NCBI GenBank assembly: GCA_951406725.2
Contig: OX597823.1
Location: 108,872,001 to 108,936,000, forward strand
DNA: 64,000 nucleotides
Direction of reading: 5' to 3'
Source: Octopus vulgaris
Taxonomy: Eukaryota
Part shown: piece by piece, positions 37,899 to 52,137 of the stretch
Layout of the letters: every line of letters starts with the position of its first letter
Position numbering within the stretch: the stretch's first letter is position 1
The notes under the pieces: model-generated
Databases searched by the model: none
The model's input: the letters and a program-made list of their open reading frames with translations, nothing else
Told to the model about the DNA's origin: nothing
Program-made: the position numbers and the translations under genes

Positions 37899-39380
37899 AT
37901 ATGTGTGTATGTCTGTGTATGTATCAGTGTGTGTGTGTGTGTGTTTATGATAAAAGTAAAGAGTGTTAGAAAACCATCTTCGTTTCCATCTGTACTGGAT
38001 TTCGCGAGTTATATATGGAAGGAAACGAAACTAGTTCCCCGTTACCAAGTTTTGTAATAAATACATGTACTCACTACGCGTGTATTGAATACTTAGCCTT
38101 AAATTGTTGTTCGCAATTAATTTTATATTTATTCTCTTCTTAGTGAAGGATAAAATGTTTGAAACATTAAATATTTCTTTTCACCATTCATTCAGCTTAA
38201 AACTAATATTACATTGTATTATATTACATAACTAATATATTATCATCATGCTATTTCATGATTGTACCATAGTTATTTGTCTATGCATACATACACCCAC
38301 ATATATGTACGTATAAGTATTTATGGATGTGCGTGAGTGTGTGTGTGTGTGTGTGTGTAACTGTAAATATATAAATATATGTCCGTTAATATATGTTTGT
38401 ATACCTGTATATATGCTTAAAAGCTTCTATACATATACATTTATAGTGCATGTCTATTCATGCGTTGATATGTCTGTAATATGAGTGAAATGTATCTATT
38501 TGTGTCTGTCTGCGTAGATGTATGTGTGCGAGTGTGCGCGCGCGCGCGCGTGTGCGTGTGTTTGACTCTGTGTAAGAGAAAGCGTGACAGAAAGTGTATA
38601 TGTATATATCTTTCGTCTTTGAATGTTTTTTGCACCTTCTCTTTTTTTTATATTTACTGTAGCTTTTAGGATTTATTTTTGAGGCAGTTGCGATTCTGGT
38701 CATGTTGTTGTTGTTGTTTCTGCTGCTGCCGCTGTTTTTGTTGTTGCTGTTGTTGTCCTCATTGCTTTTCATCTCATAATCATAATATAGATCCTAACAC
38801 ACTTGCAGTTATTAACGTAGTCAACATTTTCCTTATAATCCTCATCATCACCACAAGGCACGCTGTACTTCCACCGACATTATTCACTTGCGCTCATCAT
38901 TCTGCTTGATTAGTACTGCCATAGAGTTAAACATCAATAAAAACAAAGATATGGAAAATTTTGAAATTCGATCTTGTCGGAGTCATTTGACTACAGATTT
39001 ATTTTCGACTTCGGAACCCTTAACTTGTACTGTATTGTCAAACTCAGCTAGCAGCACCATTTCTTATTGAATGTTCATATCGGCAGAAAATCCATCTCTC
39101 TTAATTTCACAATGTTATACACAGATCTAGATATTAAACAACGACAAATAAGTTGATTGAATAACAATTCGCTTATATGAGAGTAAAGGAGAGAAATGCC
39201 AAATTACATAGGGCTATTTGGTATGTTGTTATTCAACCCCAGATTAGACTGAATTTATCTATGTATGTCATTATTTAGTTTTATTTCAAGATTCGTTACA
39301 AATAGAGAAGGAATCGGTTTCTAACCTAGATCTAACGCTCCTTCATTGGAATTTCAACAACATCAACAACATCAACAGGG

Positions 39381-40144
39381 TATGTATGTATGTATGTATG
39401 TATGTATGCATGCATGCATGCATGTATGTATGTATGTATGTATGTATTTATGTATGCATGCATGTATGTATGTATGTATGTATGTATGTATGCATGTATG
39501 TATGTATGTATGTACGTATGTATGCATGTATGTATGCATGTATGTATGTATGCATGTATGTATGTATGTATGTATGTATGTATGCATGTATGTATGTATG
39601 TATGTATGTATGTATGCATGTATGTATATATGTATGCATGTATGTAGGTATGTATGTATGTATGCATGTATGTTTCTATGTATGCATGTATGTATGTATG
39701 TATGTATGTATGCATGTATGTTTGTATGTATGAATGTATGTATGTATGCATGTATGTATGTATGTATGTATGTATGTATGTATGTATGCATGTATGTTTG
39801 TATGTATGAATGTATGTATGTATGCATGTATGTATGTATGTATGTATGTATGTATGTATGCATGTATGTATGTATGTATGTATGTATGTATGTATGTATG
39901 TATGTATGCATGTATGTTTGTATGTATGCATGTATGTATGTTTGTATGTATGTATGCATGTATGTATGCATGTATGTATGCATGTATGTATGTATGTATG
40001 TATGCATGTATGTTTGTATGTATGAATGTATGTATGTATGCATGTATGTATGTATGTATGCATGTATGTTTATATGTATGTATGTATGTATGCATGCATG
40101 TATGTATGTATGTATGTATGTATGTATGTATGTATGCATGTATG
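39381..40144. repeat. About 760-bp (TATG)n microsatellite with CATG/TTTG/AATG variant units
   Basis: Directly visible. Confidence 0.97.
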
Positions 40145-40596
40145 TGTGGGTATCCTGGTTATGGCTCTGAACTGCATCCTGTAGGGGAGCTCTAGTTTAA
40201 GCATTGCAAAGTCTTGAGGAGAGTAGAATCTTCCCTTAGATACTAGTATTACCAACTTTACTCTGACCCGGTGTAGCAGCACATTTAAGGACCCCAGCTA
40301 GGGGTTAACTAGCTTATGGACGACGGGACACACAAATACTTGGGTAGGTTTCCGAGGGCACAGTAAGCTCATTGGGAGTGAGGAATCCCTCTAGGTTGAC
40401 TCGTATAAAAAACCCGCTGTTCTACTGAGCCGGATATTTTGCACTTTGCTTGTCTGGGATTCTTGGTATTGCTAGTGACAGTCGTTGAGTTGCAGTACAA
40501 GCTGTACTCGACTTAGAATCCTTGCACAAGCATAGCAGACGTCTATCAACAATTCAACAATAGTCACGCTTGTCTAACGAGTAGACAACCCTTGAC

Positions 40597-40631
<35 letters not shown>

Positions 40632-40672
40632 ATGTATGTATGTATATATGTATGTATGCAGCTACGTATGTG

Positions 40673-40726
<54 letters not shown>

Positions 40727-40996
40727 TATACATATAACAGCATCGTAAATTTATCGACTGCTATTTCCAGTAAACGTTAGTGCCACTACTCTCTCTCTCT
40801 TTATATATATATATATATATATAACATATATATAAATATTGTTGTACAACTACTCTCTCTCTATATATATATATGTGTGTGTGTGTATGTACCTGTGTAT
40901 GTATGTGTATGTACCTGTGTATGTGTGTCTCTTGTATAGGGGAGCATCCTATCTTGCATTTCATGCACGATGTATATATTTTATCATTATCGAATG

Positions 40997-41019
40997 TTTT
41001 CTTCCTTTTTCAGGTGAGT
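40997..41019 (+). promoter_or_regulatory. Candidate recursive splice site (3' acceptor immediately followed by a 5' donor)
   Basis: TTTTCTTCCTTTTTCAG|GTGAGT. Motif only; no transcript evidence is available here. Confidence 0.35.
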
Positions 41020-42729
41020 AAATTCTGCTTTGAGGGATGTCTGTTATTTCTATCAAATCTAGAAACCATGTATAGACTCGTCTTTGACTCGCAGCAGTAC
41101 CTGCTACAGTGGTAGTAGTAGTAGTAGTGGTGTTGCATATAGAATTAGAGGTGCACATATTTTAACAAGCAAAGTTGGTGATTGATTAAGTTAACGCAAT
41201 AAGATAACCGTTTATTGTGACCTTTTGGAGCTTACTCGTATCTTGTCCAGGAATTGAGAAAAAGAGGTGGCACGAATCTGTTTCGTGATACAAAGAGTAG
41301 ACTACTTCTGAAACCATTTCCTCTTTTCCTGTTTGCGATATGGTCTTAGAATTTACAGAGTTTCAACAAAAAATATAAGATACATATTTCGTCGATATTC
41401 GCTTCACGGAACCTCCCTCAATCCCTGATTCTAAAATACTCGTTTTAGGATGTAGAATCTATAGAAATTCTTGGACGGTTAATAGATATTGGCAAACAAC
41501 ACTACGGATACATTCCATAACAGATGTGTCCGTACAATAAAAAAATAATTTTGATTATTTCCTTTATTATCAATATAAGAAATAACCACGAACAGAAACA
41601 TATCAAGGGCTAGCTTGCATTACTCCACGGTAGAAAGCAAAAGAAATAACTCCGAACGCTTCTGGTTTATTAGCTTTCGTCAGCAGAAGCACAGACTTCG
41701 CAAATGCTTCTGAACACTAATGTAATTAGCTTACTACGCAAACATACTCATAAAAAAATTGTTTTTGTAAAACGAATCCAGATGTTTAACCTATGTGATC
41801 ATCTCGCTGCTACACCTCCCACAATTTATTTCATTTGGCAAAAATGTCATGTAAAATTTCTATTTTTCACCAACGTGAACTTTTCACATGTTCAATAAAA
41901 TTCTCATGTATTTTTTCCCAATCATACACTTAAGTATTGTATATTTCTTTACATGCTGTTGTATTTATCTCAATTGTAATGCTTTTTGAAGTCGATATTT
42001 TATTGCTCCTGTCTCAAATAAAGAAATCACCATCATTGTAATTATTATTAAGTTGCTATTGTTGTTGTCCCTGCTAATGTTGTTATTTTATTCCCCTCTT
42101 TTACGTTTTATTCTCAATTTCATTTCAATTTTAATACTTTTTTCTTAATGCTATATTTTTTCCTTACTTTACAGTTTGGAACAACTTTTTTTCCTTTCAC
42201 AATTTTACTCTTTAATTTTATTTTATTCTTTTCCGTTCTGCTATTGTTGCTCTTGTTCTCCTTGATATTATTGTCGCTGGGTAAATAGCCTTAAAGTTGT
42301 TGTTGTAATTTTTCCTGTGATTTATTTTCCTACACGTTTCTTTGTTATTATTTATTTTTCACATTCTTTAATTTTGTTTTTCTTGATCAATTTAACTTTG
42401 TTATTTTTAATCTCATTGCCGTCATCAATATTACAATGAAGATATACGCCTAGTAGTAGTATTAGTAGTAGTAGTTTTATTAATAGTAGTATATATTTTT
42501 GTTTTTGTCTTTGTTGTTCGTTATGTTGCTGATGCTGTTCAACAACGTTTTGATTATTTTTTAGACCGCTTTTTTATTATATGTATTTTTCTGTATTTTG
42601 TTTTTCAATTTTGTTGTTATCATTGTTGTTGTTGTTAATATGTTATTGTATTTTTTTCTTTATCTTATTGCCATCATCAATATTTTCCCCATTGATGATA
42701 TTGTTGCCGTTATACTTTTTCCTCATTTT

Positions 42730-42731
42730 GC

Positions 42732-42812
<81 letters not shown>

Positions 42813-42856
42813 CATTATTATTATTATTATTGTTGTTGTTGTTGTTGTTGTTGTTA

Positions 42857-42923
<67 letters not shown>

Positions 42924-42957
42924 TACAGCTACTACTACTACTACTACTACTACTATT
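42730..42957. repeat. (ATT)n/(GTT)n/(ACT)n microsatellite
   Basis: Directly visible. Confidence 0.95.
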
Positions 42958-43551
42958 TTGCAGTGATTTATTGAGAGATTCTGCTTTTGTTTTATTTGAT
43001 TTTCGTTTTCTCTCTCCTTGTTTCATTATTTTTCCTGCCTCGTCAGATTTTGTTTTATTGTTTTTACTTTTTAAAAAAACAAACAAAATTTCTATTGATT
43101 CTTCAATTTTTATGTTTACTTTGTCAGATTGAACATCATTTTGTTTATTTTTGCATTCATTTTACTTAATTTCAAAACGTTTTTACAGCAATTAATTTAA
43201 AACGTAATTGCTTGTAACTAAATGTTAAGCTATGTTTACGTTCACAGACAAACAGACACCGCCGCCAACCCTCACGCGAACAGATATACGTGCACACATA
43301 ACATACGCAAATGCATACAAACACATCACATGCGCGTATACATACAAATATTGATGATATATGTAGATATGACTTCGGCATTGTATATAGATGTATCATT
43401 AATGTATCTTTATGTTCATGCAAATACACATAAACACATACCTAAATAAACACATATATACATATATTCATATTCATATACATTTATATATGTGAGTTTA
43501 CATATGTGTGCATATGCATACATATCTATGTATATGTGTATATATGATATA

Positions 43552-43714
43552 GACGCAGCAGTGGCTGTGTGGTAAGAAGCTTGATTCCCAACTTCGTGGT
43601 TCTGGGTTCAGTCTCACTGCGTGGCACCTTGGGCAAGTGACTTTTACTATACCCTCAGGCCGACCAGAGCCTTGTGAGTGGATTTGGTAGATGGAAACTG
43701 AAAAGGCCCAGCTG

Positions 43715-43755
<41 letters not shown>

Positions 43756-43756
43756 T

Positions 43757-43799
<43 letters not shown>

Positions 43800-44003
43800 C
43801 TGTCTCTGTCTATTCCCGGCCATCGCTTGACAACCCATGTTTGTATGTTTTCGTCCCCCGTAACTTAGCAGTTCAGCAAAAGATATCGATAGTATAAGTA
43901 TTAGGCTTACAAAGAATAAGCCCTGCAGTTTATTTGTTCGACTAAAGGCAGTGCTCCAGCATGGTTGCAGTCAAGTAACTGGAACAAATAAATGAATAAA
44001 AGA
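43552..44003 (+). mobile_element. SINE family B, full copy with an expanded internal microsatellite
   Basis: GACGCAGCAGTGGCTGTGTGGTAAGAAGCTTG...GGTTCAGTCTCACTGCGTGGCACCTTGGGCAAGTG...GTGCTCCAGCATGGTTGCAGTCAAG. Confidence 0.9.
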
Positions 44004-44035
44004 ATATATACATATATATACATACATACATACAT

Positions 44036-44105
<70 letters not shown>

Positions 44106-44777
44106 TTAAGAACTTTTGCTCCTAAAACAGAAAGATGAAACATAGGAGGCAGGCATTCTCCAAAAACACGAATAAAAAGACGATAAGAATTTGCAAATAC
44201 AGCCGTAAGTCGTTTTAATCTTGATGTTGCATGCAAATTAAAGTATTTGTATAGAAAGAGATAAAGGCAGTTTCTGTGCGTTCGTATTCATATACAAGAT
44301 GTGGTTATGTTTGACCGTTACATCACTTGGAATCGCTGCAGGAAGAAAATACGTCTAATCACTTAGGTCGCGCCGTCCGAAAGCTATAGATTTAATTCTC
44401 CCACAATGCAACACCACGACGTCCGCCATCCAGTGACCAATGGATGGGACAACTGGCTTCAAGGGAGGTAACTCTCTACATGCCTCCCTCCCACCACCCC
44501 TGCAAGACTTGTTGTCGGAAATAATAAACGACTACAAGTTAAGGGAAATACAAAGTCAAGGGAATGTAAATTGCACAGAGATTGCAAAGAGGCAACAGTG
44601 GGAGAAATGTGTACAATGTGAAAAAGAAAAAAAAAACTTGAGAAAAAATCTGCGTTCACAAAGAACAAATGTAAATGCAACAGGCATACAAAAGGAAAAC
44701 AACTGTGTGTGGTGCTTATGGACATACATACGACTGTATGGATGTGTGTGATGCAAGGAAATAGCGTGCCTGTTATA

Positions 44778-45174
44778 TCTTATATATAAAAGTGAGGTTG
44801 TGTGCTGTCTGTCTCCTACGATTTAGATTCCTAACTACTCCCACATTTTGCGGTGCAGTTTAACCAAAACCGGGTATCTTATAGTTGTGATTCATATCGA
44901 GCCCTTCTGGGTATTAGCGCGCGCCTATGATGAGTCTACGATTTAAAAAAAAAATGTACCATCAATTCTTCCCATTTTTAATGCATTTTTGGCATATATA
45001 AGGGAAGTAGCTCTCTAAAAATTTATTATTAAATCTCAGAACGTAAAAAGCTACAGTAACACCCCCCCTTTGTGGTTAGCCATATTGAGATGGCTATTAT
45101 ACTTTACATCTCTAAAAATCCTTATATAGTTATTTCCCTTACAAACCCGAGCAACGCCGGGCGATATACTGCTA

Positions 45175-45175
<1 letters not shown>
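44778..45175 (+). mobile_element. Non-autonomous Helitron
   Basis: A|TCTTATATATAAAAG 5' end; 3' hairpin CCCGAGCAACGCCGGG then ATACTGCTAG|T; no target-site duplication. Confidence 0.85.
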
Positions 45176-45207
<32 letters not shown>

Positions 45208-45208
<1 letters not shown>

Positions 45209-45503
45209 TCTTTACTCTTTTACTTGTTTCAGTCATTTGACTGCGGTCATGCTGGAGCACCACCTTTAGTCGAGCAGGACTAGTCGACCCCAGGACTTAT
45301 TCTTTGTAAGCCTAGTACTTATTCTATCGGTCTCTTCTGCCGAACAGCTAAGTTACGGGGACGTAAACACACCAGCACCGGTTGACAAACGATGTTGTGG
45401 GGGACAAACACAGACACACAAAAACACACGCATATATAGATATACATATGCATATATACGACGGGTTTCTTTCAGTTTCCGTCTACCAAATCCACTCACA
45501 AGG
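45208..45503 (-). mobile_element. SINE family B, 5'-truncated
   Basis: CTCTTTTACTTGTTTCAGTCATTTGACTGCGGTCATGCTGGAGCACC...CTACCAAATCCACTCACAAGGC. Confidence 0.85.
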
Positions 45504-45770
45504 CAACCGTAAATGTAGATTATGGTATATTTCTATGAAAGACATTATACATGTGATTAGAAGCTGCCTATATCCGAATTACAAATTTACATTCATTCCA
45601 ATAATAACTGGAGCACTTGAGTTTGTAAGTAAATGCCTGTCAGTCTGGAAAATCTTGGATTTTCAGAAAAAGAAATCAACCAACAGATTCGTACATTACA
45701 GATACATTCTGTAAGCGGAACAGTAAAATTCTACAAGACTTTTCTCAAGTTTAAAATGCAACGTTGCTTT
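45504..45770 (+). mobile_element. REL-endonuclease (R4/NeSL-like) LINE 3' remnant with an internal deletion
   Basis: NRKCRLWYISMKDIIHVIRSC (decayed CCHC knuckle) fused to LYPNYKFTFIPIITGALEFVSKCL..LENLGFSEKEINQQIRTLQIHSVSGTVKFYKTFLKF. Confidence 0.6.
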
Positions 45771-45889
45771 CGTTATCTACATTTCAAAGAGGAGGCTTTG
45801 TATCTTTGTTACAAAACCAGCACCTTCAGAGGAAAGAATTTAAATGATTAAATACAGAAGACACAGACAGACAGACACACGCACACACA

Positions 45890-45928
45890 TATAGATTGAT
45901 AGATAGATAGATAGATAGATAGATAGAC

Positions 45929-45987
<59 letters not shown>

Positions 45988-45996
45988 CAGACAGAT

Positions 45997-46038
<42 letters not shown>

Positions 46039-46048
46039 ATTGATAGAT

Positions 46049-46094
<46 letters not shown>

Positions 46095-46170
46095 CTTGAT
46101 AGATAGATCGATAGATCGATAGATCGATAGATAGATAGATATATAAATTGATAGATAGATAGATAGATAT
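45890..46170. repeat. (GATA)n tract, continuing at 46589-46688 on the other side of a LINE insertion
   Basis: Directly visible. Confidence 0.95.
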
Positions 46171-46688
<518 letters not shown>

Positions 46689-47402
46689 TAAACATGTATA
46701 AGCTCTACTCCATTCATATTATATTACTCAAAGATTCATGACCGAAAGTGATTCATGGAGAGGAATAGCTCGCAGCTGTGAAATGATGGTCTATTCGGAT
46801 GATAAAACAGAAATGTCTCAACGTGCCGTGGACTTCTCCATAGCTTCATCGGGATTAGACATTTAGGGTATGCAGGGATTTATATTTGGCGATTCGAAAG
46901 CTCTCATGTCTGTTGCTTTCGTTAATATTTACACTTTTTTCTCATTGGAATCCCTTCCATTACTTTATTTACAGCTGAGGGCTAAAACAAACCATGAGAT
47001 TTTAGAATCTCACGGGTTTCTTCTTTAGTTACAATACATAGAATATAAGAGTTAATATCAAAATGTTGTCATGAAAATAAATTATATTTTTCAATTACAA
47101 AAGAACACTATTTTCCGAAGTAATACGGCAGGCAATGCTCATTGCCTGGCCTCTCACAAAACGGGAGAAGTCAACCAGAAGCATGGACATCATTCTCTGG
47201 TTAATGAAATATGAATTGACCTGAGCTAATACAAAAGTAATATCTTCAACCTAAACATTGAGTAATTTTTCAGTTCATCCGTAAAATTATTTTGTGAGTT
47301 GAAATATCTGCACATGTATAATCCAGAGATGGTAGCACACACATACACGCTCACACAAATACATGTTGTGTACTTAAACATAAGTTTAAGTACACATTGT
47401 TA

Positions 47403-47442
47403 AGCGATGTTGGGGGAAGGACAAACACAGACACACAAACAT

Positions 47443-47487
<45 letters not shown>

Positions 47488-47656
47488 CATATATACGACG
47501 GGCTTCTCTCAGTTTCCGTCTACCAAATCTACTCACAAGGCTTTGGCCGACCCGAGGCTACAGTAGAAGACACTTGCCCAAGGTGCCACGCAGTGGGACT
47601 GAACCTAGAACCATGTGGTTGGTAAACAAGCTACTTACCACACAGCCACTCCTACG

Positions 47657-47660
<4 letters not shown>
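47403..47660 (-). mobile_element. SINE family B, 5' two-thirds
   Basis: ATACGACGGGCTTCT...CCAAGGTGCCACGCAGTGGGACTGAAC...CTACTTACCACACAGCCACTCCTACGCC. Confidence 0.88.
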
Positions 47661-47702
<42 letters not shown>

Positions 47703-47718
47703 AGTGGGTGTGTGTATG

Positions 47719-47797
<79 letters not shown>

Positions 47798-47849
47798 ATA
47801 TACACCCGCACACTCACACACATATCTCTATATATTCTTCAGAAAACCC

Positions 47850-48110
47850 TTGAAACCAAGTGAGATCGTGTCCGATGCCAGTGCTACATAATTGGCACCC
47901 GTGCCGGTGGCACTTAAAAAGCACCCACTACACTCTTGGGAAGGTTGGTGTTAGGAAGGGCATGGAGCCGTAGAAACCATGCCAAATCAGATTAGAACGT
48001 GGTGCAACTCCCAAGTTTACCAGATTTCAGTGAAACCGTCTAATCCATGCCAGCATTGAAAGCGGACATTAAATGATGTTGATGTTGATGATGATGATGA
48101 TGATGATGGG
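47850..48110 (+). mobile_element. SINE family D 3' part (RTE-type tail) ending in (GAT)n
   Basis: GTGCCGGTGGCAC..AAAAAGCACCC..GGTTGGTGTTAGGAAGGGCAT..GCCGTAGAAACC..CCATGCCAGCAT..GGACATTAAATGATG(GAT)n. The classification is recalled and unverified. Confidence 0.55.
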
Positions 48111-49069
48111 GAGGAGGAGGAGGATATATATACACACTTTAGCCATAACTGATTTCTATCATGTTTTCTATTAGCTTAATTCCTAAGTCCTTTGGCTGTT
48201 GGAGATGAAGTCGGACAAATTTCGTGCTGATGAAGACTATTGAGCCAGGAGCATGTACCCACGAATGTTCTCACTATGTCTAGACAATAAGGTGTCTCTT
48301 TCCTTAACAGCATGTCAGTTTTGGAGAAATTCTTGAATCTCGAGATTATCTCCCCTTCTGAAGTAGAGCTAGTAATAACAGTGATTTGGTAATTATGATT
48401 ATATCTTGGGCAGACGGATATAGTAAATCAAGAATTTACATTGTATGGTATTCGACATATCAATATTTTCCTCGGTACGGTACCCACATCAGTGGCAGAC
48501 AATAAAAGGGAGAGTTAGCCGCCTATTCCGTCTGTAGACTGGGGTTATAGCCCTTAGCCTCCCGAACCAGGCATAAGATGAAGGCATTGCTAGCTGGACA
48601 ATGAATAATCGATAGGGCGGACGAGTCCTAAACTAATGGCTTGAAGGTTCTTGCGGTTAAGCGGAAGATCTGTCCCAACAGACAACGGTTGGGCATCAAC
48701 TAGCAAGTGAGTTGCTCGTGTGGATCAGCCTCAACATCAATTATGTTCGTTGCACTCTGTTACATCAGATTGTACCTGGTGTGAAGTCCAGTCTGCTGGA
48801 CGGCATCAACCGCTTTACTCTCCATCCAAAGTGTTTTGTTTAGAGAAGTGAGAAGCCCTGTGTCGACGGAGTGAATGTGACAACAGCAGGTTTAAGTAAC
48901 TAGAAGCTGCTAGCAAGAACTCTGCACACAGACGGCTCGCTGCAGTTGGTCGCAGTCACTGTCGAACCCTCAGCACTAGTAGACTGAGGGAGTGATACCA
49001 GTGTGCAAGCAGCCTTTTTCAGGGACCAATGCGCACCCCAGAAGGGGAAGCTCCAAGAAGACATGGGCA

Positions 49070-49345
49070 TTTGAGACTAGCCCTTTCATTCCTGTGTGAA
49101 ACTGCTTGATGATGTTAACAAGCTTTTCAGGGCATCCATCAACCCTATCACTTTCAAAAGAATTTCCTGGCCCACCGCTTCGTGCCGTGAAAAAGTCTAC
49201 GAACACCACGAAGAGGCGAAGGTGTTGCTCCGCTGCTTTTTCCTGTAGCTGTCGCAGTGTGAAGATCATGTCTATGGTTGTTCGCCCTCATCTGAAACCA
49301 CACTGACTCACTGGTAAGAACTGCTCTGACACGTTTTACAACTGG
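49070..49345 (-). mobile_element. RTE-clade LINE reverse transcriptase fragment
   Basis: SQCGFR*GRTTIDMIFTLRQLQEKAAEQHLRLFVVFVDF...GCPEKLVNIIKQFHTGMKGLV. The GC-richer 48500-49070 may be associated LINE sequence. Confidence 0.85.
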
Positions 49346-49460
49346 CAAATGTATGTATTGTGCATCGCCACACAGACACACACTTACAGAAGACAAACAT
49401 ACGCACTTATATTGTGTGGTAGTTGTAACCGCTGTAAAACATCATTTTATTATCATTATC

Positions 49461-49534
<74 letters not shown>

Positions 49535-50356
49535 CAGCAGCAGCAGAAGCAGAAGCTCGAGCGTTTCCTCTCCTCCCACTTGCAATTGTGTTCCCGTCAC
49601 AACTTTTATTGTGTGCGCATATGTATGTGTATACGTTTGTGAATATGTACATGTATGAGTGTGTGAGTGTGTATGCGAGTGGGTGTGTGGATATGTGTGT
49701 ACACACATACACAGCATATATATCATACATATACTTCTCAATGTTTTTATGCGGGCGTGGGAGCTCGCAGCCCACGCGTTCCTTTATGATTTCAATTTTA
49801 TGAAATTTTGTTTTTATAGCTTTTACGAAATCTATACTTTTAATCACTTCATTATCTTTAAGATTTGGTTTCAAGATTTGCTTAAAGAAATTGTCAGCTC
49901 CGTGTCTTTACAATCTTCACCTTAATTGCTGAAAAGATTAAACTTGGCTAATTTGTGAAGCTGGATGTGAATTAGCGTTTACATACAGATGTTTCAACCG
50001 TGAAACCGTGAGCCAGCCACTCATTTTCTCGAGAAAGATGTTTCGAGCAGTTATATTACTGCATCTCTCTTTTCGAACTTTGTAGCTTGAAGAGTAGAGA
50101 ATAGTTTGTGAGAGATTTGGCAGCTCTTCTTATCAGGATGAATGACTATGTAAAGGTTTCTTCGTTGATACTCATTAAAACACTTTTTTATTATGGGCAA
50201 TGTTTGATATTATTGAGTGAAATTAATTCGCACAGTTACTTTTATTGTTTTATTGTTTGTTACTGAAATATTTCTGAATACTGTTAGCATGCTGACGCAG
50301 CTCTTACTTCTGGGTTTTCTTGGCTTATATTCTATGTTATGTATGAAGACATTTGA

Positions 50357-50770
50357 TGGTGGTGAGCTGGCGGAATCGTCAGCAAACCGGGCTAAACACC
50401 TGCCTGCATTTCGCCCGTCCTTACGTTCTAGACTCAAGTTCTGCTGAGGTCAACTTCGCGTTCGTGGAGGCACATGACCTAGTGGTTAGAGAAGCGGACT
50501 CGCGGTCGAGGGATCCCGGTATCAGATCTCAGACCGGGCGATGTGTTTGTTTATGAGCGAAACACCTAAGCTCTACGCGGCTCCGGCAGAAGGTAAAGGC
50601 GAACCTCTGGTGACTTTTTCGCCACAACTTTCTCTCACTCTTTCTTCCTGCATCTTGCAGCTCACCTGCGACGGACCGGCGTCCTGTCCAGGTGTGGAAC
50701 CTATACGCCAAGGAAACCGGGAAACCGGCCCTTATGAGCCGGGCGTGGCTCGAGAAGGAACAAACAACGA
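50357..50770 (+). mobile_element. SINE family A head (50357-50460) joined to a family C copy (50465-50770)
   Basis: GGTGGTGAGCTGGCGGAATCGTCAGC...GAGGTCAACTTCGC, then GGAGGCACATGACCTAGTGGTTAGAGAAGCGGACTCGCGGTCG. Confidence 0.8.
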
Positions 50771-51954
50771 AGACATTTGAATGAAGTTTAATAATTCATT
50801 ACGTTATCATTTTTAGTGGATTAGAAATATCAAAAATGTCAACCTGCACTTTGGGAAAACATTAAGTTTAATATAGAAAAAAAAGAACAATACCGAAATT
50901 CCCAGGTGTTGGCAAATAAGTCAGATTACTGGTTTGGTGCAGGTACTTGTCACATCTACGTTGGAGCGTGATGGGGGGGGGGTATATGCAGGTGTATGAT
51001 TGGGAAGTGCATGAGGATATATATTCATATACGTGTTTAGTGTGAGAAAAAGGGTGTTTATATATGTAATATGTGGGATTGAGTGCATATGCATTTGAAT
51101 GTGGGATGCATGTGAGCAAGGTTGTCAGCATGTGTATGTGTAAATGATTATATACGTGAGCATGTGTGTGTAGAGTGTTTGTGGATGTATATCTGTATGT
51201 TCTGGTGTGTGTTCGTATGAGAATATTTATGTATGTGATTTGCAAAAGAAGAGAAGTGCTGGTCTGCAGTTGTTCACAGCCTTTTGTCTTGGGTCAAGCT
51301 GGTTTACGTTTGAATTTATTCTGACATATTTTTGTCTTTTTTGGCATATTGTGTATGGAGGATTACTTTTCTGGGTGTGTTCTATTTCCAAAGCAGCTTG
51401 TGTGTAATTGGAGACAGATTTAGCTGCTATTTCTAGCAGGTCGAGTAATTCTTTACAAACGTTGTTGTTAAGCGTGTCTTAGGTTTAATGTTTACAATTA
51501 ATCTTACAGAAAGTATAATTACCACTATACTTACTAGCACTTAAACTTGATATAGAATTAAATCGTCAACAAGTAAACTCTTCATTAGTGCTTGACTATA
51601 TCCCAATATTTCTTCAACTTACCAAAATTTTACCTCGCCTTACATTAACGTTACCTTACCTGACCCTAGCATTGTATCACCTAGCTTTAATATTACCCCC
51701 ATCATCAATATCTCTTCACATCATCCCAACAAGACTTCACCGTACCCCAGTTTCACTTCACGCCAATATCACCCAGTCTTGTAATATTACTTCACCTCTC
51801 GTGCGTGTCCCCTATCTTACCTCAGTATCATCTCATCTTACTATGTATCACCTCACCATATTCCACTATTACCCCTACTTTGTTCACTATCGCCTAACCA
51901 TACCCCACTATAATCTCAATCTGTATCCCCTCAATTTATTCTTATATTAGAAGA

Positions 51955-52137
51955 GTTTACGAAAAAAAAACAAAAGACGAAGACAGGTGGTGCACAAAAC
52001 AAACAGATGTATTAGTATAACGCTCAGGAATAGAAAAAGTATTTTACGTTTCGAGCCTACGCTCTTCTACAGAAAGGGACACAGAAAAAACAAGGAGAGA
52101 AAAAAATGTGTGTAGTGGCTAACGATCTATCATGGCG
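51955..52137 (-). mobile_element. Second copy of the 801-985 repeat with the variant hammerhead motif
   Basis: TTTTACGTTTCGAGCCTACGCTCTTCTACAGAAAG is the reverse complement of 866-900. Confidence 0.65.

Noticed and set aside
40148-40595. GC-richer block between TATG tracts, possibly a retroelement 5' region
   Set aside because: Single copy in the window with no diagnostic motif I can support.
41655-41690. Minus-strand CTGACGAAAGC...CCAGAAGCGTT, hammerhead-like
   Set aside because: GAAA is absent and stem II does not pair.
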